Below, piece after piece: positions 9,242 through 20,104 of a stretch of 64,000 bases of DNA. Where the stretch lies: NCBI GenBank assembly GCA_965217865.1, contig CBDCJO010000002.1, positions 2,304,001-2,368,000 of the forward strand, read 5' to 3'. Made by a program: the position numbers and the translations under genes. This DNA is from Candidatus Latescibacterota bacterium (GTDB taxonomy: Bacteria; Latescibacterota; UBA2968; SICM01). The notes beneath the pieces are model-generated. The model ran no database searches. It saw only the letters and a program-made list of their open reading frames with translations, and had not been told where the DNA came from. How positions within the stretch are numbered: the first letter of the stretch is position 1; each line of letters starts with the position of its first letter.

Positions 9242-11749
9242 CTACAACTCAATCCCCAGTTCCTCCATCCTCCGATATATCGCTTCCCGTGCCTCTATGA
9301 AGGGCCTCTGCAGGTAGCCAAGATGATCCGCCTCACCGTGATGGTGCGTCACCCCGCCCCTGTGCCGCGCGGCCGTCTCCCGGATATAGATCAGGTCACC
9401 CTCGATCAGCGTGAGCATGTATTGCGCCGCCTCCTTATCGAACAGCCACCACTCTCCCCCGCACGCGACGTAGATCGGTGAGGTGTGCGCAAAGATCCCT
9501 CTCTGCCAACTATCGAGATGTGGAATACTCGTGTAGTTCGGACCCCCGCAGCGAGCGGCCAGCCACGTGTGACCGTCCACTTTGACCTTCGCCGTCAACG
9601 TCAACCGGCGCGTCCCACCATCCTCCTCCGTCGAAGCCACGACCCGCCCCTGCTGAACGACCTGGAGTGTGTGGATCGGGAAGATGCTCTCCGCCCAGGC
9701 CTCCACCTCGACGGTCCCGGGTCCGGACATCTGTAAGGTATCCCCCACGCGTTGTCCATCCACCGTGAACTGAATAATCGGACCCCCGCTGTGAAAAGTC
9801 CTTCCCAGTGTCACGCTCCGGCACCAGTTATCATAGTTGAACTCCTCGTCCTCCGGAACATATGCATAGGTCCGGTAGATCCCCACCGGGACATCGCTGC
9901 TCATCTTGTCCGTTCCGCCGACGAGAGGCAGGCGATAACCGCAGTTCAGATATCGATAGTATTCGATGTGAGGGAACGAATCGTGACGGAGCATCTCGAT
10001 GCCGTCGGCGCGACCTGTGGCGATCAATGCCACGGGTTCTCCGTTCGGGCTGGGCAGGTGGGGGATGATCACCGTCCCCCCCTGCTCGCGGCACTGGTCC
10101 GCCCAGTCGGACATCGTGATCTCCAGTGTGCCCCCCGGTTCCGCCTCTGACGGACCGTCGCTGCACCATGGCATCACCGGCCGCTTCAATCCCCAGAGAA
10201 TCAGGTGTCCCAGGAAATGCTGTCGGTTCTCCTGAGAGATATAGACGATGTTGTTCCCATCCCGCGAAAGGCTCGGCCCGCCGGTGAACTCCTCCGTGTT
10301 GGTGAACAGGCTCCCCCACTGGGACTGAAGCAGGTTGACCACATTCAGATCCTCCCCCTGGGACTCCGTATGGCTACCCTGCGTCGAGAGGAAATGGACG
10401 TGCGAGTCGCCGCTGAACCATCGCTCGGCGTTCATGTTCGTCCAGCGCTTCAGGCGCAGCGTGAGTTCCCGCTGACCCGGTTCGATCTTCACCTGCGTCC
10501 GAAGCGGTTCATACTCGAATCCGCGCGCTACGTCGGCGATCACATCTCCCCTTGGAAGCCATCCCTGGCAGGTGCCGTCGATGTAGGCGTAGGTGATCTG
10601 CCCCAGGCGCATGTCACCTCCCACGTCGATGTGCCAGGTCCCCAGGTTGGAGTTCACCTGATTGTGGTAACCGTGCGGCTGATACGGGATTCCTTCGGGC
10701 GATCGAAAGTGGACGCGGCAGGGAACCGGTTTGTTCGTCTCATCGTCGAGAACCGTCACGTGCACCCAGTTCCTGCCCCGATCCAGCAATTCCACCCGCA
10801 TACGCGGGGTTTCCACTGCACCCTTTTCCGCTACCTCTCCCCAGTTGACCGTCCCGATCTCCTCCCGGCTGTTGCTCACCTTCACCGAGGCCGAAGGGAC
10901 CGCAGCGATCTCCACATAGGCCGGGCTGGACTTGCGATTCTGGGCCTCCCCCCAGCCTTTTCGCGGATCGTCCAGAAACGCCTCCGAAGTTGCCTCCGGT
11001 AGAGGATGGACATAAGTGGCCAGGCCCCGGTCGACCGCCACATCCAGATCGAACGGCGCCTCCGCATCCTCGGGGTTTTTCAGGATAATCCGGGTCTCCT
11101 GCCTGCCGTGTCGGACAAAGGGGTGCTCGTCCACGTGCCCCAGCGTAACCGCAGCGATGATAAACCCGGGCCCTTTCGGAACCACTTCAAACGACTCGAT
11201 CGTCCCGTCAGGCATCGGATTCTCCCATGCCCACAGATAATATCCCTTGGGGGTCGCGCCCGACGCCTCGGTCTGCCGGCGTCCGGTCTGTTCCCAGGGG
11301 CCCTCGTAGCGAGGAATCATGGCCACCTTCTGGTCCGGGACCGCACTGAATGGACCCCCGGCTCGACTCGGTGGGACCACCCCGATCTCGAAACGTTCCC
11401 GGATCGGGACGCTTGCCGGTTTCTCCCCCTGAGCTCCGGTGAGATGAAATATATACTCCGCCACCGGAATCCCGAGTGCCCCGCCCTCCATCAAGGAAGA
11501 CTCCAAAAGCCGGTGCGCGACGATAATCCGGCGGGCGTTTTTTCCGACCGGAATGGTCACCCCGCCGTCTGAGTCTCCGAACGCGATAAAACAATCATCC
11601 TGGCTATCGGTCCCTTCCTCCCCAATCAGGAACGGCAGCCCGTGAAAGGTCTGTTTGCCGACGGGGGCTTGCACACCTTCACCGAGTAGATCCGTCCCTG
11701 CGTTACACTGACCCGACAAATCAATAGGTTCGTAGTCCGCCATATCCAA
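9242..11749 (-). CDS. CehA/McbA-family (PHP-like) metallohydrolase
   Basis: WFSGDSHVH, QENRQHFLGH, IPHLP, YRYLNCGYRLPLVGGTD, AHTSPIYV. Confidence 0.8.
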   Translation of the reverse strand: MDMADYEPIDLSGQCNAGTDLLGEGVQAPVGKQTFHGLPFLIGEEGTDSQDDCFIAFGDSDGGVTIPVGKNARRIIVAHRLLESSLMEGGALGIPVAEYIFHLTGAQGEKPASVPIRERFEIGVVPPSRAGGPFSAVPDQKVAMIPRYEGPWEQTGRRQTEASGATPKGYYLWAWENPMPDGTIESFEVVPKGPGFIIAAVTLGHVDEHPFVRHGRQETRIILKNPEDAEAPFDLDVAVDRGLATYVHPLPEATSEAFLDDPRKGWGEAQNRKSSPAYVEIAAVPSASVKVSNSREEIGTVNWGEVAEKGAVETPRMRVELLDRGRNWVHVTVLDDETNKPVPCRVHFRSPEGIPYQPHGYHNQVNSNLGTWHIDVGGDMRLGQITYAYIDGTCQGWLPRGDVIADVARGFEYEPLRTQVKIEPGQRELTLRLKRWTNMNAERWFSGDSHVHFLSTQGSHTESQGEDLNVVNLLQSQWGSLFTNTEEFTGGPSLSRDGNNIVYISQENRQHFLGHLILWGLKRPVMPWCSDGPSEAEPGGTLEITMSDWADQCREQGGTVIIPHLPSPNGEPVALIATGRADGIEMLRHDSFPHIEYYRYLNCGYRLPLVGGTDKMSSDVPVGIYRTYAYVPEDEEFNYDNWCRSVTLGRTFHSGGPIIQFTVDGQRVGDTLQMSGPGTVEVEAWAESIFPIHTLQVVQQGRVVASTEEDGGTRRLTLTAKVKVDGHTWLAARCGGPNYTSIPHLDSWQRGIFAHTSPIYVACGGEWWLFDKEAAQYMLTLIEGDLIYIRETAARHRGGVTHHHGEADHLGYLQRPFIEAREAIYRRMEELGIEL

Positions 11750-11859
11750 TTCCTCCCAAGACTAGATTGAAGATTGAATATCGGAAATTTGAATGTTTGA
11801 AAAGCCCAGGACTCTCTTATAACTCAATGGATCTCTTTGAGCTTCAATCTTCGATCATC

Positions 11860-11973
11860 CATTTCCCTGGCCCCTGCCTTTGCTCTTCCTGCCACAGCCA
11901 CTGCCACTGCATTTGAACTTCCTCTAACCTCCGACCCCTACTTTTTTCACCTTGCACTTTCCTCCTTGCTTCC
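11860..11973. repeat. Intergenic repeat mosaic
   Basis: ttcaatcttcgatc, ctgccac/agccac units, ctaacct-ccgaccc. Confidence 0.85.
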
Positions 11974-14200
11974 CTACCCGATCTCGATCTCATACCTCCA
12001 GGCGTGCGAGTCCTGGGAGGGCTCGAACATAAGCTTTCCGTCCTCAATCCGGGAACCGCGGATCTCATAAACCGGATCTCGTCTAACGCGACGACCTTCA
12101 AACACCGTGTGAATGGCCTTCAGCTTATAAGGCCCGGGTCTGCCCAGGATCTCCCGCAAACGCAGGATGATCAAATCCCTCATCTTCCGGATCTCATACA
12201 CTATGAGGTGATTGATATCGGGAACTCGGATGGCATAGGCACCGTGGATCGAGGCGGGGCCGAAGTCGTGCATCTCCGGGGATGCAAAAAGCCAGTAGTC
12301 AGGGCTTTTGACGAACTCTACGCAGAAGTCTTTTCCCTTCGGCACCTCGCAGTACTGAAGAAAACGCGGACCTTTTATGGTATAGCAGGCCTCTTTGAGC
12401 CGACGTCCCTCAACCGTCCATTCCCGATCTCTCAGATTCACCCGTATCGTGACCCCGTGGTCGTACATCACCTCAAGGTGATGAAGGTTTCCCTCGGCGA
12501 ACCCGATTTCACGGATTCCCTTCGTCCCGAGCAGCCGGTGAAAAGCGCTGTGAAGGTAATAGGACATCAACCGCGAGTCGATGCGACTCAGGTCGGTGGG
12601 CCAGTAGCATCCGATCAGCTCCGATCGGCCGAACAATACATTAAGGGCTGCCCGTCGTTGAAACATTGACTTACGGTCTCCCCAATCCTTTTCACCATTA
12701 AGATTATCCCCGTGGTGGCCAACCGAAACTGGCAGGTGATGCCGTCGGTGAACCTGGTCCAGGTTCGGATAGTATTCCCAGTCCTTCCCCTTGATCCCCC
12801 AGTAAGCCGGACCGAAGACCGCATTGAACGCGCCCCCGTCCATCGCCTCCGCAAGCCATTCATTCCCGAACTCCGAGAAGATCGGAGCATCCCCTCCGGT
12901 TCGGCGAGCAAGTGCAAACAAGTCTGAGGTGTGTTTCAGGAATTCACGCTGTGAGTAGTGGTTGCCCTTGTTGTCGAAATAGTGTGCAGGGTAGATTGCC
13001 GCGTGCACGTCGAAGTAGAAGGCATTGGCGCGCATCACCTCCCGGTAATCCGTCAAGTTGAAAAAACCCTTCCACATCTTCCCCCGTCTCGCCCACTTCT
13101 GGTAGAGGTTTGGAAGAAGGCGCGTCGATTGGTGATACCCTCGCTGGAAGTCCCCGTTCTCTTCGCAGATGCAATGTTCGGGAGCCCAATCCGGAGAAGG
13201 CCGTCTCCCCGCCTCGGCAACGGAGTCGAAGTAGTCGATATAATTCGTGTACGGACAGAATAGGCTGTTGGACTCATCGGTCATCCGCCGGTTCACGTCG
13301 TTGTGCCAGTTCGTATAGCATAACCAGATCAGATCCCTTGCTCCCCGTCCGGTGAACTCCCGATACCACCATTCCAGATTGTTTCTGAGGGGGTACCACG
13401 TCATCACAATACATCGGCCCGGAAGTTTCGCGAGTGCCTTTGTGCGCAAGACTTTTGCTGTGTTGCCGGATCGCTTCCTGGCCGCCTTTCGAAGTCACCA
13501 CGAAAGTGTACGTCACGGGGGAGGAGCAGTAGGTGTGCATGTCGTATACCGCCCGACTGCCCCCGGGTTTACACCTAAAACCAACGGGTGCGACGTCCAT
13601 TCCCTGCATCTCGGTCAGGCCGTTCTCGAACTCCATCGTCCAGTAGCGATTCGTCGACCGCATCGTATGTGTCTCGGGGCGGTCGCCGGGACAGCCGATT
13701 TCGAAAGGTTTGATCGGTCCATTGATCACACACGTCCCGAAATACATTCGCTTACACCCGAGGCCCCTTCCGGAGTGCGGTCCCACCCCCAGGTAGTCCA
13801 GGTGCTGCCCTTTTCCGGCAAGCGCGATCCGAAACCGCACCGCCTTATCCCTGGATGATATCCAGACTTCGAACCGTGCCCGCGTAAGTGAATCCAGCTC
13901 GGGATGCTTAAGCTCCTGAGTGATGATGACCCGGTTGTTTTTCACATTGGATCGTTCCTTCAGAACGACCCATCCGTTCGTCGATTTTCCGTTTAAGGAG
14001 GCTGAGAAACCCTCAAATTGAAGGACCCTGCCTTCCACCTGGAAGGTCACGGGCTGATTTAACAATCCACCCTGTCCCGGGAAAGAGACTCGAATATCCT
14101 CATCCCCCTGGCGCCAAAGAATGAATTGCCCCCTCCATTTTGAAACTGAAATCCGACCCGAACTGTTTTTAGTATTCTTCACACGGACATTCCTGTTCAT
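11974..14200 (-). CDS. Uncharacterised ~740 aa protein, possibly a GH101/GH129-like barrel; split by one frameshift near 13450
   Basis: ORFs 13274..14200 and 11974..13449 join by removing one base (KS|LRTKAL); FYFDVHAA and IFSEFG resemble barrel motifs. Confidence 0.55.
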
Positions 14201-14223
14201 AGATCAGGTTCTTCTTGTTTCAC

Positions 14224-14340
14224 TCTTCAATCTTCAATTTCCCCCGACCTCTGACTTCTGCCTCTGCCTTTCCTGCAACTGCAACTGCAACTGCTACTGC
14301 TACTGCTTTCCCCCGACCCCCAATCTCAATATTCATTCCT
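14224..14340. repeat. Intergenic repeat mosaic
   Basis: (tcttcaa)x2, ccgacct-ctgactt, (ctgcaa)x3 then (ctgcta)x3. Confidence 0.9.
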
Positions 14341-17010
14341 TTATTCGTACCCCTTGATCACCCCCAACGACCTTCGCTTGGGCCGACCCTTTAGCCCCGG
14401 TTTCTTCGGCAGCTTCTTCGCAACATCCTCGACCTCCTGGATCCACTCCTGCTCCAGGCGATCCAGCTCCTCCGCACTGTGTTTAGTCTCCGCTTTTCTC
14501 ACGGCCTCCATCATCGGCGGGATGATGCTTCCCCAGCACACATATGTGAATGTCGTTTCCTCGGAAAAGGTGGGGAAGTGCTCGCGGATGTAATAACGGC
14601 AGAAGGCCGCGTACGCGGGGTCTTCGGTCACCTCGTAAGAATAGGCGATAAGAGGCCCGTTGAAGTAGGGATCGATCCGCATGACTTTTTTGGGGCCGAC
14701 AAGAAATGTTTCGATGATGACCGGCTCCGGCCCCCGGATGAAATGATTCGACATCCCGAGCAAGGCCTCCTTGTAGATCGGGTCGTCTTTCCCGAAAAGA
14801 CGATGCCCGTCATAGAGCATCTGAGGCGTCATCCCGCCCGCTTGTCGCAGATGCCAGCCGTCCTGCTCCACCTCAGCCTCGTCCCCCCGTTCGCCGGCCG
14901 TGTAGATGCTCTCGGGAAAACTTCCCGGTTCGGGCAGAGCCAGAAGGAGCCACTTGAGACTTCGCCGGGCGAGCTCCCCGTACTTGTGGTCCCACGTCGC
15001 CTGGTAGACCTCCAGGAGGTTCGCCACCGGCGTCGTGAATTCCCGCACGAGCGTACCCTTATTCCGGTAGATGCCGCAGGGTTCCTGCCTGGCCAGGATC
15101 CAATCCGCCACCTCACGGCAGACATCCAGAATCCTGCGGTTCCCCGTCAGGTAATACTGCAGCATCAACCCGGCCAAGCACGTGTGCGATGGTGAATATC
15201 CTCCCGTCCAGTGTTCACAGTTGTGGTAGTGCATCACCCCACCCGGCGTTCCGTCCGGATAGACGTGGATGATGTCCAGATCCGCCATGTGCTCGCCATA
15301 GGCCTCCGCCGCCAGGAAGTACTTCCGTTGACCCGTGTGCACGAAAAAACTCCACAGGGCGTTGACCTGGTCGTTCGCCTCGTTGTTGTACGAACGCGCG
15401 CAGTGCTTCATCCGCTCGATAATGTCCGGCTCATCCTTGAAGTTGAGCCACATCTCCACCGGGGATCCGGAGTGGGAGCACATTAAATCCCCGTAGTCGA
15501 TCATCCCGTAGGTCCTCAGCACGCGGCGCAGCTCCGTCACGATCCGCTCGAACAGGCCGTCAAGCCCCTTTTCAGCTTCTGCAAAACGCTCCTTATCAAT
15601 CGGGGCCATAGTCCGCATCGCCCCCGTACCGCAGGCATAGGAAACGTCCGCAGGTGCGATCACCGGTTCCTGAACGCAGATCCCGAGGGCTTCGGCCGTT
15701 CCATCCGAAATCCGGTCGGCCGAAAACTGCAGATGGAACTCCGTGGTCTTAGCCGCCCCGAACCCGTTATTCGTCCCCGTGTCATTGTAACAGGCCGGAC
15801 GATCAGGCGCGTACTTCGCCACCATCTCTTCCACCCAGAGCAACTCTTCGGGAGTCCCGGCCCCGGTGCTCTTCAGGTTCAAAGGAGCCGTGGGCTTCTC
15901 CTCGACAAGCCGCTTGAACTCCGCCTCGTCTCGCGTCCCATTGAAGAAAACAGCCCATTCTTTCCACGGGGTTGAAAACTTGAGCGTCTGGCCGTACTCC
16001 ATCGGCCAAATCTGCACATCGATCCCGTCGCTGTCGATTCGAATCCCCTTCGGATACTCCTTCCACATATCCCTGATCACCGCGACAGCCGAACCCGCAT
16101 CCCCGCTCAGACACCCCCAGCCCTGTGTCTTTCCCCCTGAGCCAAAGGGTTCCTCATCCCGATTCACCCGATACGCGATGTCCGAGGTCTGAAGAATGCG
16201 GCCCTCCTCAAACCGGGTCGCCCAGTGAGATCTCTCCTCGCCCCCAAACGCCATTCGCAAGTCACTGCCCAATTCCAGCGGGAACGAGACCCCCACCTCC
16301 GACAGCTCAATCCGTTCGACGTCCTGGTCAAACACGAAGGTATGATAAACGTGCATGTCGGATCGGCCGGCATAGAGATGGATCCGGAGCACGTATGGGC
16401 AAAATCGCCTCCCATCGTCCGAAGCGTGAAATCCCCTGATGCACACGGATGCCCGTAGAGGGCCCGAATCCTCAACGAGGATTTCGGGGGGTGGGGCCCC
16501 ACTGCAGGAATCGTAATAGGACCCCCACTGATCCGACATGTAGAGATAAGGACCCGGCTTTCCCCTGATAAGGTTCCTCCATCCGTCAGATGTTCGTAAC
16601 CGGCAAGCGGCCATAAAGTCCGGGTCCCCTCTCCGAAAGTCCACCTGCATCGCCCCGGTGTCGATCCGGATAACTTCATCGATCTTCTCGACAACTACCG
16701 CCTGTTCCGGCGTAACGGGCGTTACGCCCGGTCCGTACTCCAGGAAGACCTCTTTCGTCTGATTTGCCGGAAGGTCAACCTGAAAGTCCACGAGCAGCCA
16801 TTTCACGTACTTAAGATCGGGATGCCACGTCGTCTGACAAAAGGCCTGCGCAGGCAACTCCTTTCCATCTTCCGCCACCACGCGAACAGGGTCCCCACGC
16901 TCCAGTTCACCCTCTGTAAACGGCACACCTTGCGTGATCGGCCACATCTCACGATCCACGCCTCCCGGTTCCTCGATGCTGAGCCTGACCCGCTTTACCT
17001 CATTGGCCAC
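14341..17010 (-). CDS. PcRGLX/YetA (PL26)-like exo-rhamnogalacturonan lyase family protein, divergent
   Basis: WPITQGVPF, WHPDLKYVKWLLVDF, VEDSGPLRASV, YGMIDYGD, YNNE, HMADLD; collinear with 61130..63688. Confidence 0.7.
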   Translation of the reverse strand: MANEVKRVRLSIEEPGGVDREMWPITQGVPFTEGELERGDPVRVVAEDGKELPAQAFCQTTWHPDLKYVKWLLVDFQVDLPANQTKEVFLEYGPGVTPVTPEQAVVVEKIDEVIRIDTGAMQVDFRRGDPDFMAACRLRTSDGWRNLIRGKPGPYLYMSDQWGSYYDSCSGAPPPEILVEDSGPLRASVCIRGFHASDDGRRFCPYVLRIHLYAGRSDMHVYHTFVFDQDVERIELSEVGVSFPLELGSDLRMAFGGEERSHWATRFEEGRILQTSDIAYRVNRDEEPFGSGGKTQGWGCLSGDAGSAVAVIRDMWKEYPKGIRIDSDGIDVQIWPMEYGQTLKFSTPWKEWAVFFNGTRDEAEFKRLVEEKPTAPLNLKSTGAGTPEELLWVEEMVAKYAPDRPACYNDTGTNNGFGAAKTTEFHLQFSADRISDGTAEALGICVQEPVIAPADVSYACGTGAMRTMAPIDKERFAEAEKGLDGLFERIVTELRRVLRTYGMIDYGDLMCSHSGSPVEMWLNFKDEPDIIERMKHCARSYNNEANDQVNALWSFFVHTGQRKYFLAAEAYGEHMADLDIIHVYPDGTPGGVMHYHNCEHWTGGYSPSHTCLAGLMLQYYLTGNRRILDVCREVADWILARQEPCGIYRNKGTLVREFTTPVANLLEVYQATWDHKYGELARRSLKWLLLALPEPGSFPESIYTAGERGDEAEVEQDGWHLRQAGGMTPQMLYDGHRLFGKDDPIYKEALLGMSNHFIRGPEPVIIETFLVGPKKVMRIDPYFNGPLIAYSYEVTEDPAYAAFCRYYIREHFPTFSEETTFTYVCWGSIIPPMMEAVRKAETKHSAEELDRLEQEWIQEVEDVAKKLPKKPGLKGRPKRRSLGVIKGYE

Positions 17011-17071
17011 CTTGAACCCTCCTTTTATACTGCTACTGCCGTCTCACGTTTGACGGTTTTTCAATCTTCAT

Positions 17072-17676
17072 GAAAGTATTTGGACTTGGATACCCCTTCC
17101 TTTGGAAGGGGAGGAAAAGTTTAGCTTGCCGAAGGCAAGCTAAAAGGCTGTCTTATCGTGTGCAGACCACTGAGACTCATATCGACTCAGGAGGCATACG
17201 ATGGGACTCCGACGGACCAGTCACGCAGTCTATGATAGCCAGTATCATCTGGTATGGGCACCGAAGTATCGGAAATGGATTTTGCGAGGTGACCTTCGAG
17301 AGTATGTGGGCAAGCTGTTTCATCGGATAGCAGAGGATTTTGGTTTTGACATCCAAGAGATGGAAGTGGCCGAAGATCATGTGCATATTTTCTTGTCGTT
17401 TCCTCCCCAGTATTCGATTTCTAAGGTAGTGGGCATTTTGAAGAGTATTTCGGGCAGCGGGGTCTTCCGAGAACATCCAGAGGTGAAACGGGAGTTATGG
17501 GGTGGAGAATTCTGGGAAGATGGTTATTTTGCCCGCACCGTAGGCGACAAGGTGACTTCTGAAGTGATTGAGCAATATATTCGGTATCATCGTCAAGAGC
17601 AGAAAGGGCCCCTACAGTTGGATCTGTTTGGGGATGGGAGTGGTTAATGCCCCGCCCTTTGGGCGGGGTGGTTTAC
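17072..17676 (+). mobile_element. IS200/IS605-family element, tnpA only
   Basis: Left hairpins ccccttcc-ttt-ggaagggg and tttagcttgcc-gaa-ggcaagctaaa; right hairpin ccccgccc-ttt-gggcgggg then tggtttac; inserted after TTCAT with no TSD. Confidence 0.8.
17201..17647 (+). CDS. tnpA: Y1 HUH transposase TnpA
   Basis: YHLVWAPKYR, EDHVHIF (HUH), FWEDGYFARTVG, YI..Q. Confidence 0.95.
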   Translation: MGLRRTSHAVYDSQYHLVWAPKYRKWILRGDLREYVGKLFHRIAEDFGFDIQEMEVAEDHVHIFLSFPPQYSISKVVGILKSISGSGVFREHPEVKRELWGGEFWEDGYFARTVGDKVTSEVIEQYIRYHRQEQKGPLQLDLFGDGSG

Positions 17677-17832
17677 CCTTCGATCTTCGATCTTCAATTT
17701 CTCTGACCCCTGCCTTTGCCTGCTACTTCCTTTGCTTTCCCCTGACCTCTGACCTCCGACCCTTGTCATTGCATTTCCTGCCACTGCTACTGCCTTTCCG
17801 TCTCACGTTTGACGTTTGACGGCTTTTCCGAC

Positions 17833-19782
17833 TTACGTCTTGCCCGTCAATATTCCGATAATCGATCCCACGACAGTGATCACTGCGTGTCCCATCATCA
17901 AACCCAGAAAGAAGGGTCGGAGCTGGCCGTAAAGAGACGGCCCCCCATACTTCAACACATTCTTCTTGATCAGCCAGGCCAGAAAAACATTGATCAACCA
18001 GGCATGGTAATATATCCCGATCGGAAAGCCGACGGGGTGGACAGGCCACCAGAACAGCCGCTTACGAATCAGGGTCAGTAGCACCATCACGATCCCCCCG
18101 ATACCCAACCACAAGATCCGAATCGGTTGTCCTTCTCCCGTGGGTTCGCTGATGGCGCCCCCGTAGTATGTGAGGTGGTAATTCAGGGCTTTGATCACAT
18201 ACCACGTGTATGAAAACCCATATGTCCCCAGAGTATAAGCATAATGGATCAGCGTCACCGCCGCGGTCCCCCCACCCACCACAAGGGCAAGTACCATCAG
18301 ATAGAAAAGGTTTCGGGATCTGCGTCCCGGTCGGTGTGTCAGTTTTAACGACGTGGATGCACTGGCCATCACGTGCGGACCGCCGGGGAAAGCCCATGGC
18401 TGGGCAAGAAAGAATCCGGACATCGTCGACGCTCCGACGGTTTCAGTTCCCGCTGAATGGAACAGCACCTGCATCGGGCTCAGGGGGGCCTGCAGTACCA
18501 CCCCGGACTCGGCAAGGATACGGGTCACCCCCAGAAAGGTTCCCAGCATCAATACCATAAAAATCGGGACAACCCACACGGATATCCCCGTGACCATCAG
18601 CCACAGGGTGATGAAAGCCGTCCCCCCCAGGGTCCCTACCACGGCCGCACGATAGGAGAGCATCTCATCTCCGTCATCCACCTCCGGAGCCGTCCCAAAC
18701 GCCTTCCGAAAGACATCCCGGAGGTGATGTCTGGCCTCGTAAAGGCCGAATAACACAAACAAGATCAGCGCCCCCAGAGCCTCATGGTGCAGATGGAAAT
18801 TATATGCGGATGGACGGTAGGGAGGGGTGGAAGGAACCGCGGTTCCGGTGAGGTTGACGAAAAATTGCTGAATGTACCCGACTAAATTGAACAGGAGGAT
18901 GCTCCCCAGGACCTCCAACGATACCAGGTAGCTGATCCCCAGAATGAAAAAATGAGTGTAAAAGTATAGTCCTATGGAGTTCCGGAAGATTCGCGTGTAG
19001 AAATTGAGATTCGGCGAGGGGATAAATGAGACGAATCGATGAACGATGGACGATAAACCCAGGAGGGCGGGGATGGAAAACCCGTACCAAAAAATCGAAT
19101 TCCGGGAAAGGGATTTTTCTCCCCCGGTGCCCTCCACCAGCGCCTGGGGAAGCTGCGCCATCGGAAATGGCAGTCGCTCCTCCTCCATCCAGCGTTTTCG
19201 CAGGATCACCACCAGTGAAATCATCGTGACATACAGGCCGCCGAGAAATACACCCCACGCACACAAAGTCCACACCCAGGCACCATAGGGGATCTCTCCT
19301 TCAGGACCGATACCCTCAAAAAAACTTTTTGCTACAACGGGATCTTTGATGGCCAGGCCGTCCGGCAGCTGGGGCAAAACCTTGCTCTCCCATTTGTTTT
19401 CCGGTGTGGCATAATGCGCGAAACCTGCCAGATGGGGGATCAAATAGACGATTCCCCCTCTTGTGGTGACCCCGGAGACAATCAGGAGCATGGAGAAGAT
19501 GACCAACAGTTCCTGTGGCCTGAGTCCCAAACGTACGGAGAAAAACCGTTTTAGAAGAGACAGCAAACCCATAAGGGAAAAAATCAGGAACAGCGCACCC
19601 GTTCCGAATCCGCGTGCCGAAACACCGTCATTTGCTCCCAGGGCTTGCGAGCAGATATCAAAGAAACCCAGAAGGGCACACAGAACCGTCCCGATCAAAG
19701 CCGCCTTCCAGGTCGCCCCCGAAGATGATTGGTCCTCTTCTGCGGACGATTCGATCCTGGGCACCGATTCTGTTTTGATCAT
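17833..19782 (-). CDS. DUF6785/DUF6784-type polytopic membrane protein (putative transporter)
   Basis: Many hydrophobic helices; RKRWMEEERLPFP and WWPVHPVGF...LKYGGPSLY..LRPFFLGL; start placed at MIKTE after GGGAGA (ORF track starts at 19866). Confidence 0.75.
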   Translation of the reverse strand: MIKTESVPRIESSAEEDQSSSGATWKAALIGTVLCALLGFFDICSQALGANDGVSARGFGTGALFLIFSLMGLLSLLKRFFSVRLGLRPQELLVIFSMLLIVSGVTTRGGIVYLIPHLAGFAHYATPENKWESKVLPQLPDGLAIKDPVVAKSFFEGIGPEGEIPYGAWVWTLCAWGVFLGGLYVTMISLVVILRKRWMEEERLPFPMAQLPQALVEGTGGEKSLSRNSIFWYGFSIPALLGLSSIVHRFVSFIPSPNLNFYTRIFRNSIGLYFYTHFFILGISYLVSLEVLGSILLFNLVGYIQQFFVNLTGTAVPSTPPYRPSAYNFHLHHEALGALILFVLFGLYEARHHLRDVFRKAFGTAPEVDDGDEMLSYRAAVVGTLGGTAFITLWLMVTGISVWVVPIFMVLMLGTFLGVTRILAESGVVLQAPLSPMQVLFHSAGTETVGASTMSGFFLAQPWAFPGGPHVMASASTSLKLTHRPGRRSRNLFYLMVLALVVGGGTAAVTLIHYAYTLGTYGFSYTWYVIKALNYHLTYYGGAISEPTGEGQPIRILWLGIGGIVMVLLTLIRKRLFWWPVHPVGFPIGIYYHAWLINVFLAWLIKKNVLKYGGPSLYGQLRPFFLGLMMGHAVITVVGSIIGILTGKT

Positions 19783-19897
19783 GAAGCTTCTCCCGAGTTG
19801 ATGATGACTTTTTTCCCCTCCCCGATTTGGCATTGTCGAACGAGGACCTGCCAAAACTTCGCCCACGATAATTCAATTTCCGACCCGTGTCAATATG

Positions 19898-19935
19898 AAA
19901 AAGACCCCGAAGGAACCTCCTTCAGGGTCTATTTT
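19898..19935 (-). terminator. Rho-independent terminator
   Basis: Minus strand: agaccctgaagga-ggt-tccttcggggtct followed by a T tract. Confidence 0.75.
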
Positions 19936-20104
19936 AACCCTGCATAACTGTGTGTATTGTATCTTTTTCCGGGTCGGGAGACAAAGCAACGGCCCCTCAC
20001 CCAAACCACCAGCCCCTTAATGCTCACCACCCGGTCAGATGCAGCCGTCAGATCAGCAAAGGCCACCGGTGTGAAATTATCACTTTGCACTTTCCATTTC
20101 CCTT

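Larger units (their letters stand above)
17029..17832. repeat. Intergenic repeat mosaic (17029..17071 and 17677..17832) interrupted by IS200
   Basis: The tcttc(a/g)a block continues on both sides of the IS. Confidence 0.8.

Noticed and set aside
17648-17832. TnpB/omega RNA system
   Set aside because: The right-end hairpin follows the tnpA stop directly, leaving no room for tnpB.
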